A DNA stretch of 63,857 nt, filler included, from Lenisia limosa (lineage: Eukaryota; Protista; Breviatea), in assembly GCA_001655205.1 (NCBI GenBank). It is 11 parts of 11 records of this genome, joined end to end, with 100 filler letters (N's around TTAATTAATTAA, not from the genome) between each part and the next. Parts side by side here need not be neighbours in the genome. Positions count along the whole stretch, not along the records: positions 1 to 11,010 come from LPNZ01005395.1; positions 11,111 to 24,471 come from LPNZ01007080.1; 9 more parts are not named here. The stretch is one strand, 5' to 3'. Positions 1 through 13,755 of the stretch are shown here, piece after piece (position 1 is the stretch's first letter; each line of letters begins with the position of its first letter). The translations under genes were made by a program, and so were the position numbers. The notes beneath the pieces were generated by a model that was given only the letters and a program-made list of their open reading frames with translations, was not told the origin of the DNA and ran no database searches.

Positions 1-86
1 GTTCAGCCCTACCCCCTCGTTTGAAAGAGCAACATGACCCGCATAGCCCCTCAGTTCTGTATAAAAAGGTTTGTTTTTTTCTTTAG

Positions 87-3000
87 ACGTAATGGAATAC
101 TGCAACTGCTTAATATAACAAACCAGGTACCTCTTGTGGCTGAACCTGAGATATCCCCCACTGATAGTCAAGATTTGCCACCAGCAGTATTTTCCCCTCT
201 TCTCCCGCTCACCCCGAGTCTCAGTGATTCTGAAGCCTCCGTATCACCAGCTCCTGAGCCTATTGCACAGGTTGAAGAAAAAGACCAAAGCCATCCTCAA
301 GGCAATAAAGTTATATCGCTATTGTCAAACGATGCGGACAAGTCTTCTGAGATATTTACTCCAACAATTTCCTCCTCAATTGTGTCACATTCTGATGATC
401 TCGATGCAACAACAGAACAAACAAGTCTCACCAGCATTTCTGCACCCCTCAATGATGACATGGAAAGTTGGGGAAGGTGGTTTGAACAGAACATTTGTGT
501 TCACGGTCATGCTGATGCGCAGAAGGCCGAGTCTGTCAGTTCTAAGGATGATCTTGAACATTTCAACTTTGATGTCACAGAGCCCCGACAAGAAGGACAA
601 GAAGATGTTCCTCAACCTCACCCCTTATCCCAGGCATGTTCCCAAGAGGATCTTGTGCGTAGCGTTTCGCAGCTGCTTGACGAGGAATGGCCATCGGGCC
701 CAATATCAAACGATGAGCAGCAGCGCTATCTTACGGCGCTCAAAGAAGTTGAGCTTATTGACGAGTTCAGCGAGACAGCATCTGGGTCCGAGAACTGCTT
801 GACCCCAATCAAAGAATCTTGTGAGCTATCTCTCTCAAACGATGCCCTTGTTGCAAGTGTCTCTGCCCTGCTTTCTGAAGAGAAGGAGTGTGAATGGACT
901 GAAGGCTATAACACTTTTGACTTGGACCAGTCATTGGAAAGTGTCAACTGGACCGCTGATGCTCCCCTTCTTGAAGCTGAAAGTTCCACCTTTGGTGAAC
1001 AGTCTGATGATGGAGATGACGAATACTCGAAGTTCACTGCAATGTACTCGCAGTCAGGATCCGGATTTGACATTCATGCACCACCAAACGATGGTTATTA
1101 CGCCCTTTCGGATGATGAGGATAGTGACGTTAGTTTGGTTATTGACTCCGAGCCAGACGCTAACTCTGAGGAGCTAGCGCCTATCGAGTTCAATGTCTAC
1201 GGGCAAAGTTCCTCTGCATCGCAATCTGACATTTATCTTTTGGTGGATTCGGATATTGATGTTCCCGCTCGGTGGAGTCAGGAGGATATAAGGCTAGAAG
1301 AGGAAGAATGGGCGAGAATGGAAGCGGAAGAAGACAATGACGAAACGTGTCCTCTTGAGACATCAGATGATGAAAGGTGGGATAATATAAAAAGAGCAAG
1401 CGTTGTAAGTGTCAAGAGCAATATTGTAGTTGTTGAGCAAGAAGCTTCACCTACTACCTGTGAATCAGAGGAAAGTAATTTTTCCGGCCACTTGGTGAAT
1501 ATTGTTAAGGATTCCGAAGAAGAAAAGCCTGTTTCTGAAAAGGAAGCAATTAAGATGAATGAAGAAGTGAAGCGACCAGACTCACCATTACCTTTGGAAA
1601 ATGAAGAAGATCACCCGTTGCCAATTCGCCTGAGTGATTCGGATATTTCTGAGAGTTCCGAAGAGGAAGAGGATATCCAAAAGGAGGAGGACCAGTTTGA
1701 TACATGGCAAACAGAATCTGTCTTTAAAAAGGAGGAAGAAAAAACAATATTGAATGAAGAACATTCATTTGAAGAAAAAGTCGAAGAAGAAATAGAAGAG
1801 AAATATGATGAAGAAAAGGAAGAAGAAAAGGAAGAAGGAAATGAAGAAGGGAAGGAAGTTCAAGAAGAAAAAGAGGAAAGTGAAGTGGAAGATAATATAG
1901 ATCATAATATTGAAGAAGAATCTGTTGGGTTCAAACCGGGGCAGGAAGATGAGACACTGCAAGAAGAGCCCGAAGAAATGAAGCAAGGAGACGAAGACAA
2001 GGAGAAATTGGAAGATGAAGAAGATGAACAGGACTACAAAAAGGAAAATGAAGAGGTGGAAATGCAAGAAGATGGGAAATTAAAGGAAAAGGAAGTAGAG
2101 GTTGAGGTGAAAGAAGACAGAGTGAATCAAAAGAGAGAAGAGAAAAAGGAGGAAGAGAAATATAAAGAAGTCAAGGTTGAAGAAATCAATGAAGAGAGGG
2201 TGGAACAAAAACTTGAAGATGAGCAAAAAGACCAAGCAGATAATAACTCAAACAGTGGGAGCGAGTTGTTCACTTGGGACGATATGAGCGAATCTTCTGG
2301 AGAGTCTGAGTTGAAGGCAAATGATTTGGAAGCGGAAGCAAGCTGGGAACGGCTTGATCAAGCTCTACATTATTCTGAGGCAACAGAAAATGCTAAATGC
2401 AACCCTAAAGCATGGGATGACATTCCTGTTCAATCTACTCCCACTAATTCGATATCAATTCCATTACCAAATTTGGAAGATAACAGTCCTACTGAATCCA
2501 TGGAAAGTGATGAAATTCAGCGTGTTATTTCCCAGTTTTCTTTCACCATCCACTCCGACCACTCTTCGCATTCTGACGTGGCTGTTTCAAATTGGACAAA
2601 TGAAACACCGGCACATTCCTTTGTTGACTTACCTCCTGGTCTTGCCGTCTCTCCCCCCGCCTCCCTCACAAATCCTATTGAAATTCCTGAATTTACCCCA
2701 GCCAAATCTGTTCATCAACATGACGACTCCACTCAGACCCCTGCGACTAACAATTCCCTACACCGTTCTTCCACGTAAGCATGGGTACTTTTTCCATTGG
2801 TGACGTCGTTTTTTTTGGAAATAGTAAAAAAAAAGATCATTTTGAGTATCATTTCTTACCACTGTAGTACCCCAAACATTCGATCTGTTGGCTTTGAAAA
2901 GGCGTTCATCACCCCTCCTGATACCCCAATGCGAATGTCTTGCATTGACCTCCACACCAAAAGTACTGCTACCCAGCCTATGCGCACAAATGCCCTTATT

Positions 3001-4162
3001 GCAAAGGTATAATCGGGGTGCCCCAATCCCTAAATATTGACCAAATTAGTGTTTCTCAAGTGTTTTTTTTACCTATAATTCATCTTTTTTTGAAAAAAGC
3101 GCACAACCAAACCTGGCAACAATGCCAAGGCTGCTCTCNNNNNNNNNNNNNNNNNNNNNNNNNNNNNNNNNNNNNNNNNNNNNNNNNNNNNNNNNNNNNN
3201 NNNNNNNNNNNNNNNNNNNNNNNNNNNNNNNNNNNNNNNNNNNNNNNNNNGACTCCATTTCTGCTGAGCTCTTGTCCTTATCCTCGCGGCATTCATTTGA
3301 GCGTTTAGAACATGCAAAAGAAGCAGGTTGGTACCCAATCGTTATTTTTTAATTATGGGGTGGTGCAATATTATGCATACAATATTATATGATATTTCAT
3401 AGATAATCTGGTATTTGGTTTCAAAGTTAATAAACAAGAATGCAAAGTTGGCACTGAACCACAGCCGCTATCGCCCCAAAACCCAGCTGTTTCTGGACCA
3501 AATGTAATGACCTCTCCGTCTAAACCCCATTTTGATGAGCCAAGTCAAGTTTTTGGGGTTTCTATTTGTATATTCTACCTGCATCTTAATGTTGACTTTC
3601 CTCTAGGAAGACTCTCTGCCAGCGCCCTTTCAAGAAATGCTCCGACGGTCACAAAGTAGGTGCAATGTTGTCTCCTCCACCAGGTTGATATTATTGACCG
3701 ATATTGATGTTGTTGACATCTTCATCTATATTTCCCTTCCTCTCCTCACTCTTTTAAATTTCCTTTTAGCACCCACGACTGCCATAGCCACTAAGTTGCT
3801 TTGCTTTCTTTCGGATGAAGAGCGAAAGTGAGGCTTGAGGGGTGCAATATTAAAGACCCTTTGCGTTTACTGTATTGTATGATATATCATATTCTGTTTG
3901 TTCTTTTATATATCGATATTAAATATATTATATCCTCAATTCTCCGATACTGCTTATAGTTTCAAATCCTGTCTTATTTTTGGGTGTGCCAATATATTCA
4001 ACAATGTGTACCCCCGCCTCTATTTGTGAGTCTGCTTATCACATCTCCCTTCTACCCTCCCTCCCAGCATCCCTCTCTCTGGCTAGCGTTTGCCTCGGTA
4101 ATATATCAGATTCCTCTATGAAGAGCTACAGCAGCTACAGAAGTCTCCCTGATCCTATGTAA
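87..4162 (+). CDS. Multi-exon hypothetical protein, 5'-partial, with a very long acidic (Glu/Asp/Ser-rich) low-complexity exon
   Basis: ORF 34..2778 is bounded by an acceptor (ctttag|87) and a donor (2774|gtaagc). Downstream exons give TPNIRSVGFEKAFITPPDTPM..., DSISAELLSLSS... and ...ATKLLCFLSDEER/VCLGNISDSS...PDPM* (stop about 4162). No recognisable domain. Confidence 0.7.
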
Positions 4163-4299
4163 ATAAAGGTGTATTTTTTTTGTCTATGTTTCTATTCTAT
4201 ATGTTCTTGACTGATTTCATATTAATTGTGTGATATATTTTCTTTTCTTATTTTAGGAGACACTTTTTTTACGGATTAAGTGCGGGAATGAAACGCCGT

Positions 4300-6821
4300 T
4301 TAGGACTCATTGTAGTTTGGTCCGCCTCCTCCCTCAGGAACCCTCCACTTGATATTCTGTTCAGGGTCCTTGATGTCGCAAGTTTTGCAGTGCAGGCAGT
4401 TGCTTGAGTTGATACGGAGCTAAACGTGACCACAACACTGAAGGCATACCTTATTCCCCCCATCCTCTTCAGGGGGGTATTCAAACACGTGGGCAGGGCA
4501 ATAGAATTGCTTGAGGGGATATAATAAGCTGGTTTAGATCTACCTCTGGTCCTCCGTATCGCTGAATGTTGTTTTTAATATCACCCGGGCGGCTAACCAC
4601 AATGTGTGACGGTTGATTTTCATCTGCGAGGGTGAGAAAACAAATTCATACTGTGTCCAGTGGCAGAATAGGGGAGATTAGAAAGGCGGTCGAAAACGGC
4701 ATTTTGAAGATCAGTTGGAACCTGGAGGGGGTGTATGATTTGATATAATGTACATCATACGTTTTGAGCATCTATTTGGTAATTATTTTTGATTGAGGTG
4801 TGTATTTGATGTGGAAAATGAGACCAATTATCTCGTGGGCATGGTGAACTAAAACGTCAATGTTAGAATATCCTTACATTGATCCCATATCACAATATGC
4901 TTGCAATGGACCCATCAAATTTGTGCGAATAAAATGAATATTTGAAGACATCTTCAGTTCGTCGTACATGTGTGATGACTTCACCCAAATGATAACATGG
5001 AAATAACATTTTTTCAAAGTTGGGATTGTCTGCTGAAAAAGACCCAGTTTCTTGAAACACGCCAAATAATGATCTTGCAGCAAGGATTCCTGAAGTAATA
5101 GCATTGTGAGTTCCCTGAATTACAAAAAAAGACCCTGACCTTTATTTTGAAATTGTCAATAAAGCCTGCAGAATCCCCAATTAGCATTCCACCAGGAAAA
5201 GTCAATGTTGGTAACCTGTGAACGTAAATAGCAAAAATATCACCCACGATTGAATTCCGCCTTTTGCAATTGCCCTTGCACCATACTCAATTCTCTCTCC
5301 TTCCTTGAATATCCGTTCAAAATCGAAAATCTTGTTATAGGTTTAGAAAACTGTTCCATATTTGGAATTGTTTTGGAATAAATGCACCTTGTACTCTTGT
5401 AAACGATCAGCAGTGTTTGAAAAGCTAAAAGTGACATCATCTTTCAGTTACCTTTTGAAGTCCATGTCACAAATCATACCGATTGCTAGCTTGTCATTGG
5501 GTAAATCATAAACAAACATTCCTCCTTTAATGTTATTTTTTGTCATTCGCTCACTGTCTTTGAATCTACCGTCGTGGTATACAAAACATCGCGCCGGGTC
5601 CCTCATACCTTCAGGCAGCTGCCAAACCTACAATGTTGATTTTCTCTCAAGACCGTCAACATCTTCATTAAATTCTTTCCAGACCTCTTTAACACCCAAA
5701 GCATATTTCTGTGGGCAACTTGGTTCTAATTGAAACTTCTCAACAACATCCTGGTGAATAAAGCAAGGAGGAATAAAGAGAATCACAAACCGATGCAACA
5801 CTACCTCGAGCGCCCTCCGCAACAATGGTCACTTTTGAGTTGATCGCAATTCCCTTTTCGAAGTCATTCTGGAACGTAAGTACACTTTTGTTTTTCGGAT
5901 CTTAAATCTTACTGATAACGTGCCATCTTTATTTATACCAGTGTCCTTGGTAATAACTCCTTTGACAGTGTCTTGGTCATATATGACTTCGCTACATGGA
6001 AAAGATGGAACCACATCAATGTCCAGTTCATTTGCTTTTGTACCAAGGTACTGTACCAACTGGGATAAACTGCAAGGTTAGAAAAGTATCAATATTCAAA
6101 CATCCACTCATTTGCAACAGCTTGCCGAAAACCCCCCAAACGATCCAGTATATGACCTGACACTATTTGGAATTGCCCATCGGTTTCTCTCAGGTTTGAT
6201 CATGAACATTGAAAGGAAGTCATCTGTAACTTGGCGTAATGGTGGTGCGTCCTGTCAGAATGAATTTCATTTTTTGTTGAACTTACTGGGTCTGTTCGCC
6301 ATTCAGGTAAGAGAACATCTAAAGAGACAGGATCAAGGCATAAGCCTGAAAAACTATGACCACCTGAGTAGCATAAGCCAATTGTCATTTGTTGAAAGTT
6401 GAAAATGAAAACTTTCATACCAATTTCATCTGATTTCTCAAGAACGCAAACAGCCACATTTTCTTCAAATCTTCTGGCCAGGGTTTTCAGTTCAATGGCT
6501 ACAGTGTATTATTTAATAGAAATGAAGCGAGTAAACTATTTACTAACCAGCAGCAAGGCCAGCAGGTCCAGCACCAATGATTGAGACATCAAAGTCAAGT
6601 TCTTCTCTTGTTTCACAAGTGCTGCCAAAGTACCTTGATGGTACCTACCCAGATTTAATGATTCATAGTCACTTTGAAGTAAATTTAATATGATGAGTTA
6701 CTTGAAAACATAGTAGTTTATGTAATTGACGAAACAAAAGATATTTACCCACAGTCACAGAACTGGTTTTCATCAAGTGGGGGAAGCACTCATTTGTGAG
6801 AGTTCGCCTTAGAGCAAGCAT
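4300..6821 (-). CDS. ETFDH: Electron transfer flavoprotein-ubiquinone oxidoreductase (ETF-QO), complete, many short introns
   Basis: Spliced translation gives an MLALRR N-terminus, FAD motif [108 protein letters not shown], and the C-terminal [4Fe-4S] motif [36 protein letters not shown]. Confidence 0.96.
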
Positions 6822-7249
6822 GGTAAATGCAATCAGAAATATTCTGGTGGTGAAACGTCTTGCGCAAATAAAAAAATAAATGAAATAATAAAATAAAATT
6901 TGCTGAGCGTTACCACTGGCTGGCTGAAAGGAGAGAGATAAGGCGGCACATCCAAATGAGGCAATATTGTTACGGCCGCGGCGCCGTGTGAAACGTGAAT
7001 CCGCGCATCGCTTCCCCAGTTTGCCACTCACCACACATTTCTCTCTCCGTCCGAGGAAGTCGTGGGAAGCACTCCCCCCCCCCCTCNNNNNNNNNNNNNN
7101 NNNNNNNNNNNNNNNNNNNNNNNNNNNNNNNNNNNNNNNNNNNNNNNNNNNNNNNNAGTAATTCTAATATGAGGTCAGTTATTGGTGGCTGCTTTGATAA
7201 TTTGCCCTTTTGCTCAGCCAAAAAAAAAAAAAATTGACCTCTCCTGCAG

Positions 7250-8644
7250 CTCTTCAGATGGCCCACCACCAACTCAGACACCAGTATTTGATCCCCTCAA
7301 AATGGTGGGAGTGCGGATACCAAACAGAAAACCTAAGCAAGTTCTGATTTGATGAAAAAATGTGTCTTTTGAGCAAACCAAATTTTTTCCTTTCATCATA
7401 ATGGTTTCGTCCCTGACCCGCTATCAGGTGATTGTGATTAACATGGGTCTTGGCATGGGCGTAGGGAAGATCGCATCGCAAGCCGCGCACGCTGCGTGCA
7501 CTGCTTATAATGTATGTGTGGGAGGGATTGATTGGTATGGCTAGGTGCACTCACTATCAAAAAGATCGATGATTATTAGGAAATTACGAGAAGTGGGGGG
7601 GGGGGGGGNNNNNNNNNNNNNNNNNNNNNNNNNNNNNNNNNNNNNNNNNNNNNNNNNNNNNNNNNNNNNNNNNNNNNNNNNNNNNNNNNNNNNNNNNNNN
7701 NNNNAGAGAATATTTTTGATATAGTTACGCAGCCTAGTTGAGCTTACTTCTCAACTATATTAATCTTTCGTTATGGCATGTGCTTCAATGAGAGAGATAT
7801 TGGCGGGTTGAACATATGTGGTTTTGTTTACAGACTGGTTTATTATCAAACCCTAGTCTTATATTATTCCCAATCATTATTTACTATGCCGGGTTTCTGG
7901 GTAATTGTACATGTTATTTCTTCCAATATTACAATATTTCTTCTATGCGTGATGATGCTGAAATGCATTGGGGCATTTTGCCCAGATACTATATACACTG
8001 TTTCCTCTTCTTTTTTGTTTCTTCGTATGAAATACTGTGACTTTGTCTAGATGCCAAGGGTACATAGGTATTACAAGAGATTTTTAATCTATTGAATGTT
8101 CCTCCCACGTTAGTTAAAAAGATATTAACAACCTAGATGACTTCTTTTGCCAATCAAGCAACGCATGAACAGAAAATGGTTAAATGGAAGGAGAATGGTG
8201 AAGCCAAGATTGTGTTACAAGTATCTTCAAGTGAAGAACTGTTTGCAATATCATTGATGATCACTATAATATTCTAGATTAACACTTGCTGGAAATTGCA
8301 TTCAACTTGGTATTAAAACTGGCCTAATTGAAGATCAGGGGAGAACTGAGGTATGCAGTGTGTTTTTTTACTTCTTGATAATATCCCAAATTTCATTTTG
8401 TTTTTTGTGAGGCTACCTTTTTTATATATATTTCATATATAGTACTATTATATTGGCTACACTCTCAATATTTTTAGATTGAAGCAGGTAGTTACACAGC
8501 AGTTGCGTTTGGACCAGGTTTGTGTGATGTTTTGGACCAACCCCACTTTTGAAAAGTTGAAAAATGACAATGTGCTTCTTCTAATCCCTCTCAGAGTATA
8601 AGTCAGTTATTGATACTATTACTGGCCACTTGCAGCTTCTGTAA
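7250..8644 (+). CDS. PTRH2: Peptidyl-tRNA hydrolase 2 (PTH2/Bit1 family); start lies upstream, probably in or near the gap
   Basis: Exons give PLKM|VIVINMGLGMGVGKIASQAAHA, WKENGEAKIVLQVSSSEEL, LIEDQGRTE|IEAGSYTAVAFGP|EYKSVIDTITGHLQLL*. These match the PTH2 motifs KMVLVV...MGKGK.AAQ..HA, KIVL, DAGRT, GP...ID.VTG.LKL. Confidence 0.92.
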
Positions 8645-8793
8645 TATTGTATGGTCTAGGCTCTAGGTATTTAAACAATGTATGGTTCAAAAAAAAAAAA
8701 AGTCTCAGAGAACATTTAACTCAATACACAATAAAAATACATTAAAAATAGAAACAAGAGCAATATCATACAAAACCAAACACAAACACCATT

Positions 8794-10825
8794 CTACGCC
8801 TCAATATCCGGAAGAGTGAGAGCGGAGACGTTATCTAAGGGCATAGTAGGAAGAACAACGGTCTCCATATTCATATCTTCCACCGGAAGCAATGCATTGG
8901 CAAGAGAAGTGTCCATATCAGGTAATGAAGGCACTTCTGGCTGGTCCATGGGGGCGTTTTCGTCAAGACCAAGGGACTTTCGTGCTCTTGAAATCTTGAT
9001 GTTGAAGTCGTACTTCACTCGTCCAATAGTTTCCACCCCAAGCTTCTTTGCAACCTCCAACGAATTGTACTGTCCTTGCTCTGGTGTAAGCACCCATGTG
9101 AGATCGCTGAGGGAAGCACTTGTGAGAGAACACATTGCTCGGAACACCATGTAGCCATCAACAACGTCCAGGGGTGTGAGCTCCGGGTAGATTTCGTTAA
9201 TATGCATCATAGCTGCTTTCTGAAAGGTAAGGTGTCGTAGAGAAAAAGAATCACATTATTCTGGGCGCTAAAGCAAACAATAAGAAAGTTTTTCGATGTG
9301 GTTTATATGGAGCAGAATGAGAGAAAGTATTGAGAATAAATCACTCTCCTTTCTTAGATCATTGCCCCAACCCACAAAAATGACGAATAACTCCTCGGCA
9401 AATAGAGTGGGTCTCACACAGAGTGGGCAATCTTCCACCACCGAGTAACCCATAATCTCAAGAGCTGACAAGAGGTTATCAGCTTGGAGAATACGGGGGT
9501 CACGGAAGAAGTTTCCAAGTCCCATGGTGATCATGTTGGTGTACTACATTTGAGTAACAAGGGATTGTTTTTTAAAAAACAAGATTTAAGAAACCCAATA
9601 ACCAGGTTAGCCAATGAGTCATTATATTATCAACCCTTCCTGAAACAAAACCAAATTATACAATTATTTTAATAGTCAAGATGACTCTTGTCTATCACAC
9701 TATTATATTAAAATACTGGACTTCTCAATTTTTTTGACTCTTTTTAGAAGCCTATTTGGTTAAAACAAAACAAAACAAAAAAAACTGTATGTTAGAACCC
9801 CCCTCAGTGAAACTTATATCTTCTTTAACCNNNNNNNNNNNNNNNNNNNNNNNNNNNNNNNNNNNNNNNNNNNNNNNNNNNNNNNNNNNNNNNNNNNNNN
9901 NNNNNAAGAAGACCCTTCATTTTCATTTCATTTGATAAAGGGGTCCAGGTTGCAACACAATGGTGAATCACTCGCTTTCCTGCATTCTTGAAGGTTATAT
10001 TCAAAGAACAGTTTGGCCAAAGCCATAGTGGTAAAGGAACATACACGATACCTTGATATTGCATAAATATAAATACGCACTTTTAATACCCCCCTCTCTG
10101 TCTCCGCCCTTAGATGTGTTTGATAGGGTGTGTAACAAAGGGAATACTTCATTGATAATATGCTTAAATTTCACATCATCACAGGTGACAAAGCAGTCCA
10201 CAACAGCATTTATATATTATGTACATGTATCAGACAAAAGCCGGTTTTATTCTTTGTTTTAATTCTGTTTTTTGTTCTTAGTCTATTGAAAAATTCTTTT
10301 ATTTCTCATTTCTACATACCCCCTCCCCCCCCCCCAAAACTCTGAGAACAGCAGCACTGTTTGGAGCAGCACGGAAACGTTTCCGTCTTTGCATATTCGG
10401 TCCAGCATTTTCAACCTCAGCTCTGAGCCTAAAGAAATAAGAAGAGGGTTATACCAAAAATATCCCAGATTTTTTAATCAAAATATAGTTTCTTTTATGT
10501 ATATCTTAATCAGGTGGGCAACGTGAGTTGACCGAAGTTACAGGAATCAGGGCCAGAGAAGGAAGAGCCATCCATACCTTTGGACTTCTTCAAGAATATT
10601 CATCAGGTATCCGGCGGTCACAATCATATTTTGATCAGGGTTAAACACTGACAGTGTGTCCTTCATAACTGCAATCTTATTTGACCCCTCAGGAACTTCG
10701 TTGTCAAGCATTCCTTTGAGAACTGGGGAGAACGTGGAAGGTTGGGGGAACCCAATGCTGTTCAGCATTTCCAAGTTTGGTAACTCAGGTAGTGGTTCTA
10801 AGGTTGGAATAGGCAACTCAGCCAT
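8794..10825 (-). CDS. Multi-exon hypothetical protein with a basic NLS-like segment
   Basis: Long coding-like exons: MAELPIPTLEPLPEL... (10547-10825), ...NMQRRKRFRAAP... (about 10350-10430), MGLGNFFRDPRILQAD... (9268-9534), MHINEIYPELTPLD...PDIEA* (8794-9210). No family recognised. Confidence 0.6.
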
Positions 10826-11055
10826 TGTATACAGAGAAAATCGACTTTCATTTTTTATGTTGCCTTTATATGTATAGCTGGTACCCCATGTAACCGTATT
10901 AGCCACTCCGTAAAAATCCAATAAAACTCAAACCCAGACACCAATAATGCTGCGGTAATATCTTGTCTTATTCTTCCACGCACACATTCTCAACGTATTT
11001 ACAGAGTGAANNNNNNNNNNNNNNNNNNNNNNNNNNNNNNNNNNNNNNNNNNNNT

Positions 11056-11067
11056 TAATTAATTAAN
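11056..11067. other. Artificial scaffold joiner TTAATTAATTAA (stop codons in all six frames) inside Ns
   Basis: The identical 12-mer is embedded in N runs at 11056, 24516, 26157, 33109, 38008, 45459, 54782, 56170, 60208 and 62023. Confidence 0.95.
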
Positions 11068-11399
11068 NNNNNNNNNNNNNNNNNNNNNNNNNNNNNNNNN
11101 NNNNNNNNNNCGCAGGTAATAGGCCTTATGGGTATGGAATGAAATAATTCACCACATTTGTCACTGAGAATATCTATTACTAGCTTTCTATAATGCAGCG
11201 ACCAACACTCACCTCTCCCATTCCCATGACCGCGCGACATGTGGGGCCTGCGCGTGTGCGTGGAATAGTATCCGCTGAATAACCATATACCTGGTTAGAC
11301 CTGGGGGTGATATGATATGCCTGGTTAGACCTGGGGGTGATATGACATGTTAAGTATTAGACGTGCTTTTGTGGATATTATTTAGTAAAGTGTTGCAAG

Positions 11400-13350
11400 T
11401 TGAATTCTCGACATTTATTCCCTCCACTCCTCATTGCTTGCACCAGTATTTGCACCAAAGAGACACCCACAAAGCCCACATTTTCATTTCAGGCTTGCGA
11501 GGGTTGAGGAGATACACGGTTGTAACGTCATCAACATTGGTGTCAAACGACTACATGCTATGTCAAACGACTGGATGTTATTGCCTCACTTTGCCCCCAT
11601 ACAAGCCCTACTGAATACTGAGGTCTTTCAAAAAAGGCAATTATTTATATGATATCTAGATTTCTAATGTATATTATTTCTCTTGTTTCAAAAAAAAAGA
11701 TATATTATGTATACTTATGTATATAGGGGGTAACTACGGCTAACATTGCAATCGAGTTCCACACCTACCTGTCCAATAATTCGGTTCATGTCATCTAGAC
11801 GAAGGGAACCGGTTTTCTGGGGTGCCTGGCTGACAAGATGCTGGACTTTTGGAAGAAGATGCTCCGCACTGGATACCTGGGGGAGGGGGTCAACAAAGCA
11901 AATTTAGGTCAGTCTTGAAAAACAACTCCTGACAAGAGATGCCCCTCCCCCCACATGAGTGATATGATGGACATGGATTGGTGATGTGTGTGGCTTTGTG
12001 TTGACGGTGTGGACCTTGGTATCCGCTACCACGTGGTCAAAATAGCGCTGCACGGCTGCCTGTGGGGGGGGGGGGGGGGGNNNNNNNNNNNNNNNNNNNN
12101 NNNNNNNNNNNNNNNNNNNNNNNNNNNNNNNNNNNNNNNNNNNNNNNNNNNNNNNNNNNNNNNNNNNNNNNNNNNNNNNNNNNNNNNNNNNNNNNNNNNN
12201 NNNNNNNNNNNNNNNNNNNNNNNNNNNNNNNNNNNNNNNNNNNNNNNNNNNNNNNNNNNNNNNNNNNNNNNNNNNNNNNNNNNNNNNNNNNNNNNNNNNN
12301 NNNNNNNNNNNGAGGATTTGAAAACAAACAAATAACAAAAGCCACAGCCTAGAAGGTAATTTCTCTTTTGATGGGCAAAATTCCGAGAAAAAAAAACAGG
12401 GACAAGCTTAAAGTAACCAAAGAGGGGAAAGAGAAGAAAGAAGATGAAAACGGGTGTGTGANNNNNNNNNNNNNNNNNNNNNNNNNNNNNNNNNNNNNNN
12501 NNNNNNNNNNNNNNNNNNNNNNNNNNNNNNNNNNNNNNNNNNNNNNNNNNNNNNNNNNNNNNNNNNNNNNNNNNNNNNNNNNNNNNNNNNNNNNNNNNNN
12601 NNNNNNNGGAATGAAGAAACACAATGCATACCGGCTGAATGTCAATTTCACCGTTGCCGTCCCTGGAGAATCCAACCAACTGCTGAGTTAGAGAAAAATC
12701 CAACAATAAACTCAATTCTCTGATACATCTTCATAGAGACAGTTCCGTGCTTCCCAACACGTATGAATATTAAGCGTGCCACCCCCCTGCCTTAATGTTA
12801 ATAACAGACGCGGCGTTGAGGTGCGAGAGGCTTCGGTGCATAGCCTGCGATGTCATTATGAGCACCTCAAAAGGATAGTGTTCACAATGGTTACAATGTC
12901 ACCACAATCGGATCAAAAAAAGTTGGTTAAAAAAGAGCTCAACACTTCAATATAATGAGATCAGCCCTGCTGGATATCCAGACTGACTTGCTGTAATACA
13001 GTACATTCCCCAATATCATCGTACCCCCCATCACTGTACCCAGGCCTGACCTTCATTGTAGTTGGAAGGATACCCCCGGGATATGGCTTGTCAAGGAAGG
13101 CCCTGTCAGCATCTTCCAACTGCAGAAAGGCATCTTGCTCGGCCGCTGGGTCTGGGGGGGGGTGTTACAGAAGTCGTTGTTGCCCTTGCTCTCTCATGGA
13201 GAATCCTGGTTGGTTTCTTGGACACCCTTCATCAGCCACAGTAACGTCACCACGCTTGCTTACCTTTTTGTGGGAACGCTGCCAGCTTCTCATAGGCAAC
13301 ATTACGATCCATAGAAAGACGGCTGCTTTGGAAGAGGTCTCCAATTCCTG
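11400..13350 (-). CDS. Fragmented multi-exon hypothetical gene
   Basis: GT-AG-bounded coding-like exons: PDPAAEQDAFLQLEDADRAFLDKPYPGG, VSSAEHLLPKVQHLVSQAPQKTGSLRLDDMNRIIGQ, FFERPQYSVGLVWGK|SFDTNVDDVTTVYLLNPRKPE. Interrupted by gaps. Confidence 0.4.
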
Positions 13351-13755
13351 CTGACGCCAGCATAAACAGCAAAGTCACAAAATATAATCTCATTTTGGGC
13401 CTAGGGAGAGGCAGGCACCTCTTTATCTAGAAAGGAAACTTGATTTCTCCCAGCAGAACAATCTTCTCCTTGTGCACACTCTTCTATTATTTATGTCACA
13501 CAATAATGCCCCAATACCCTTGCGAAAGAGGTCATTCTCATCTCTCCTAGGGATTTGGAAGGTAAGTATAACTACCCCAGATGCGGAAGTTTGGAAACCA
13601 GGGTCAAAGTTGGGAAGTTGGGTCTTGCTTGGGTCAAACGTTTATGTTGTGATAAGCAAACCACATGCAAACCAGCGAAGAAGACTAGAACACCACCAGA
13701 GCGATAGGCAAAGAGTTTTGTTGGAGAGAACAGCGGTACATTTTTAAATCTTGCC

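Noticed and set aside
11286-11345. Small two-copy direct repeats (here about 30 bp; also about 15325, 17085, 51711 and 54849)
   Set aside because: They are ordinary local slippage duplications in non-coding DNA, with no other signal.
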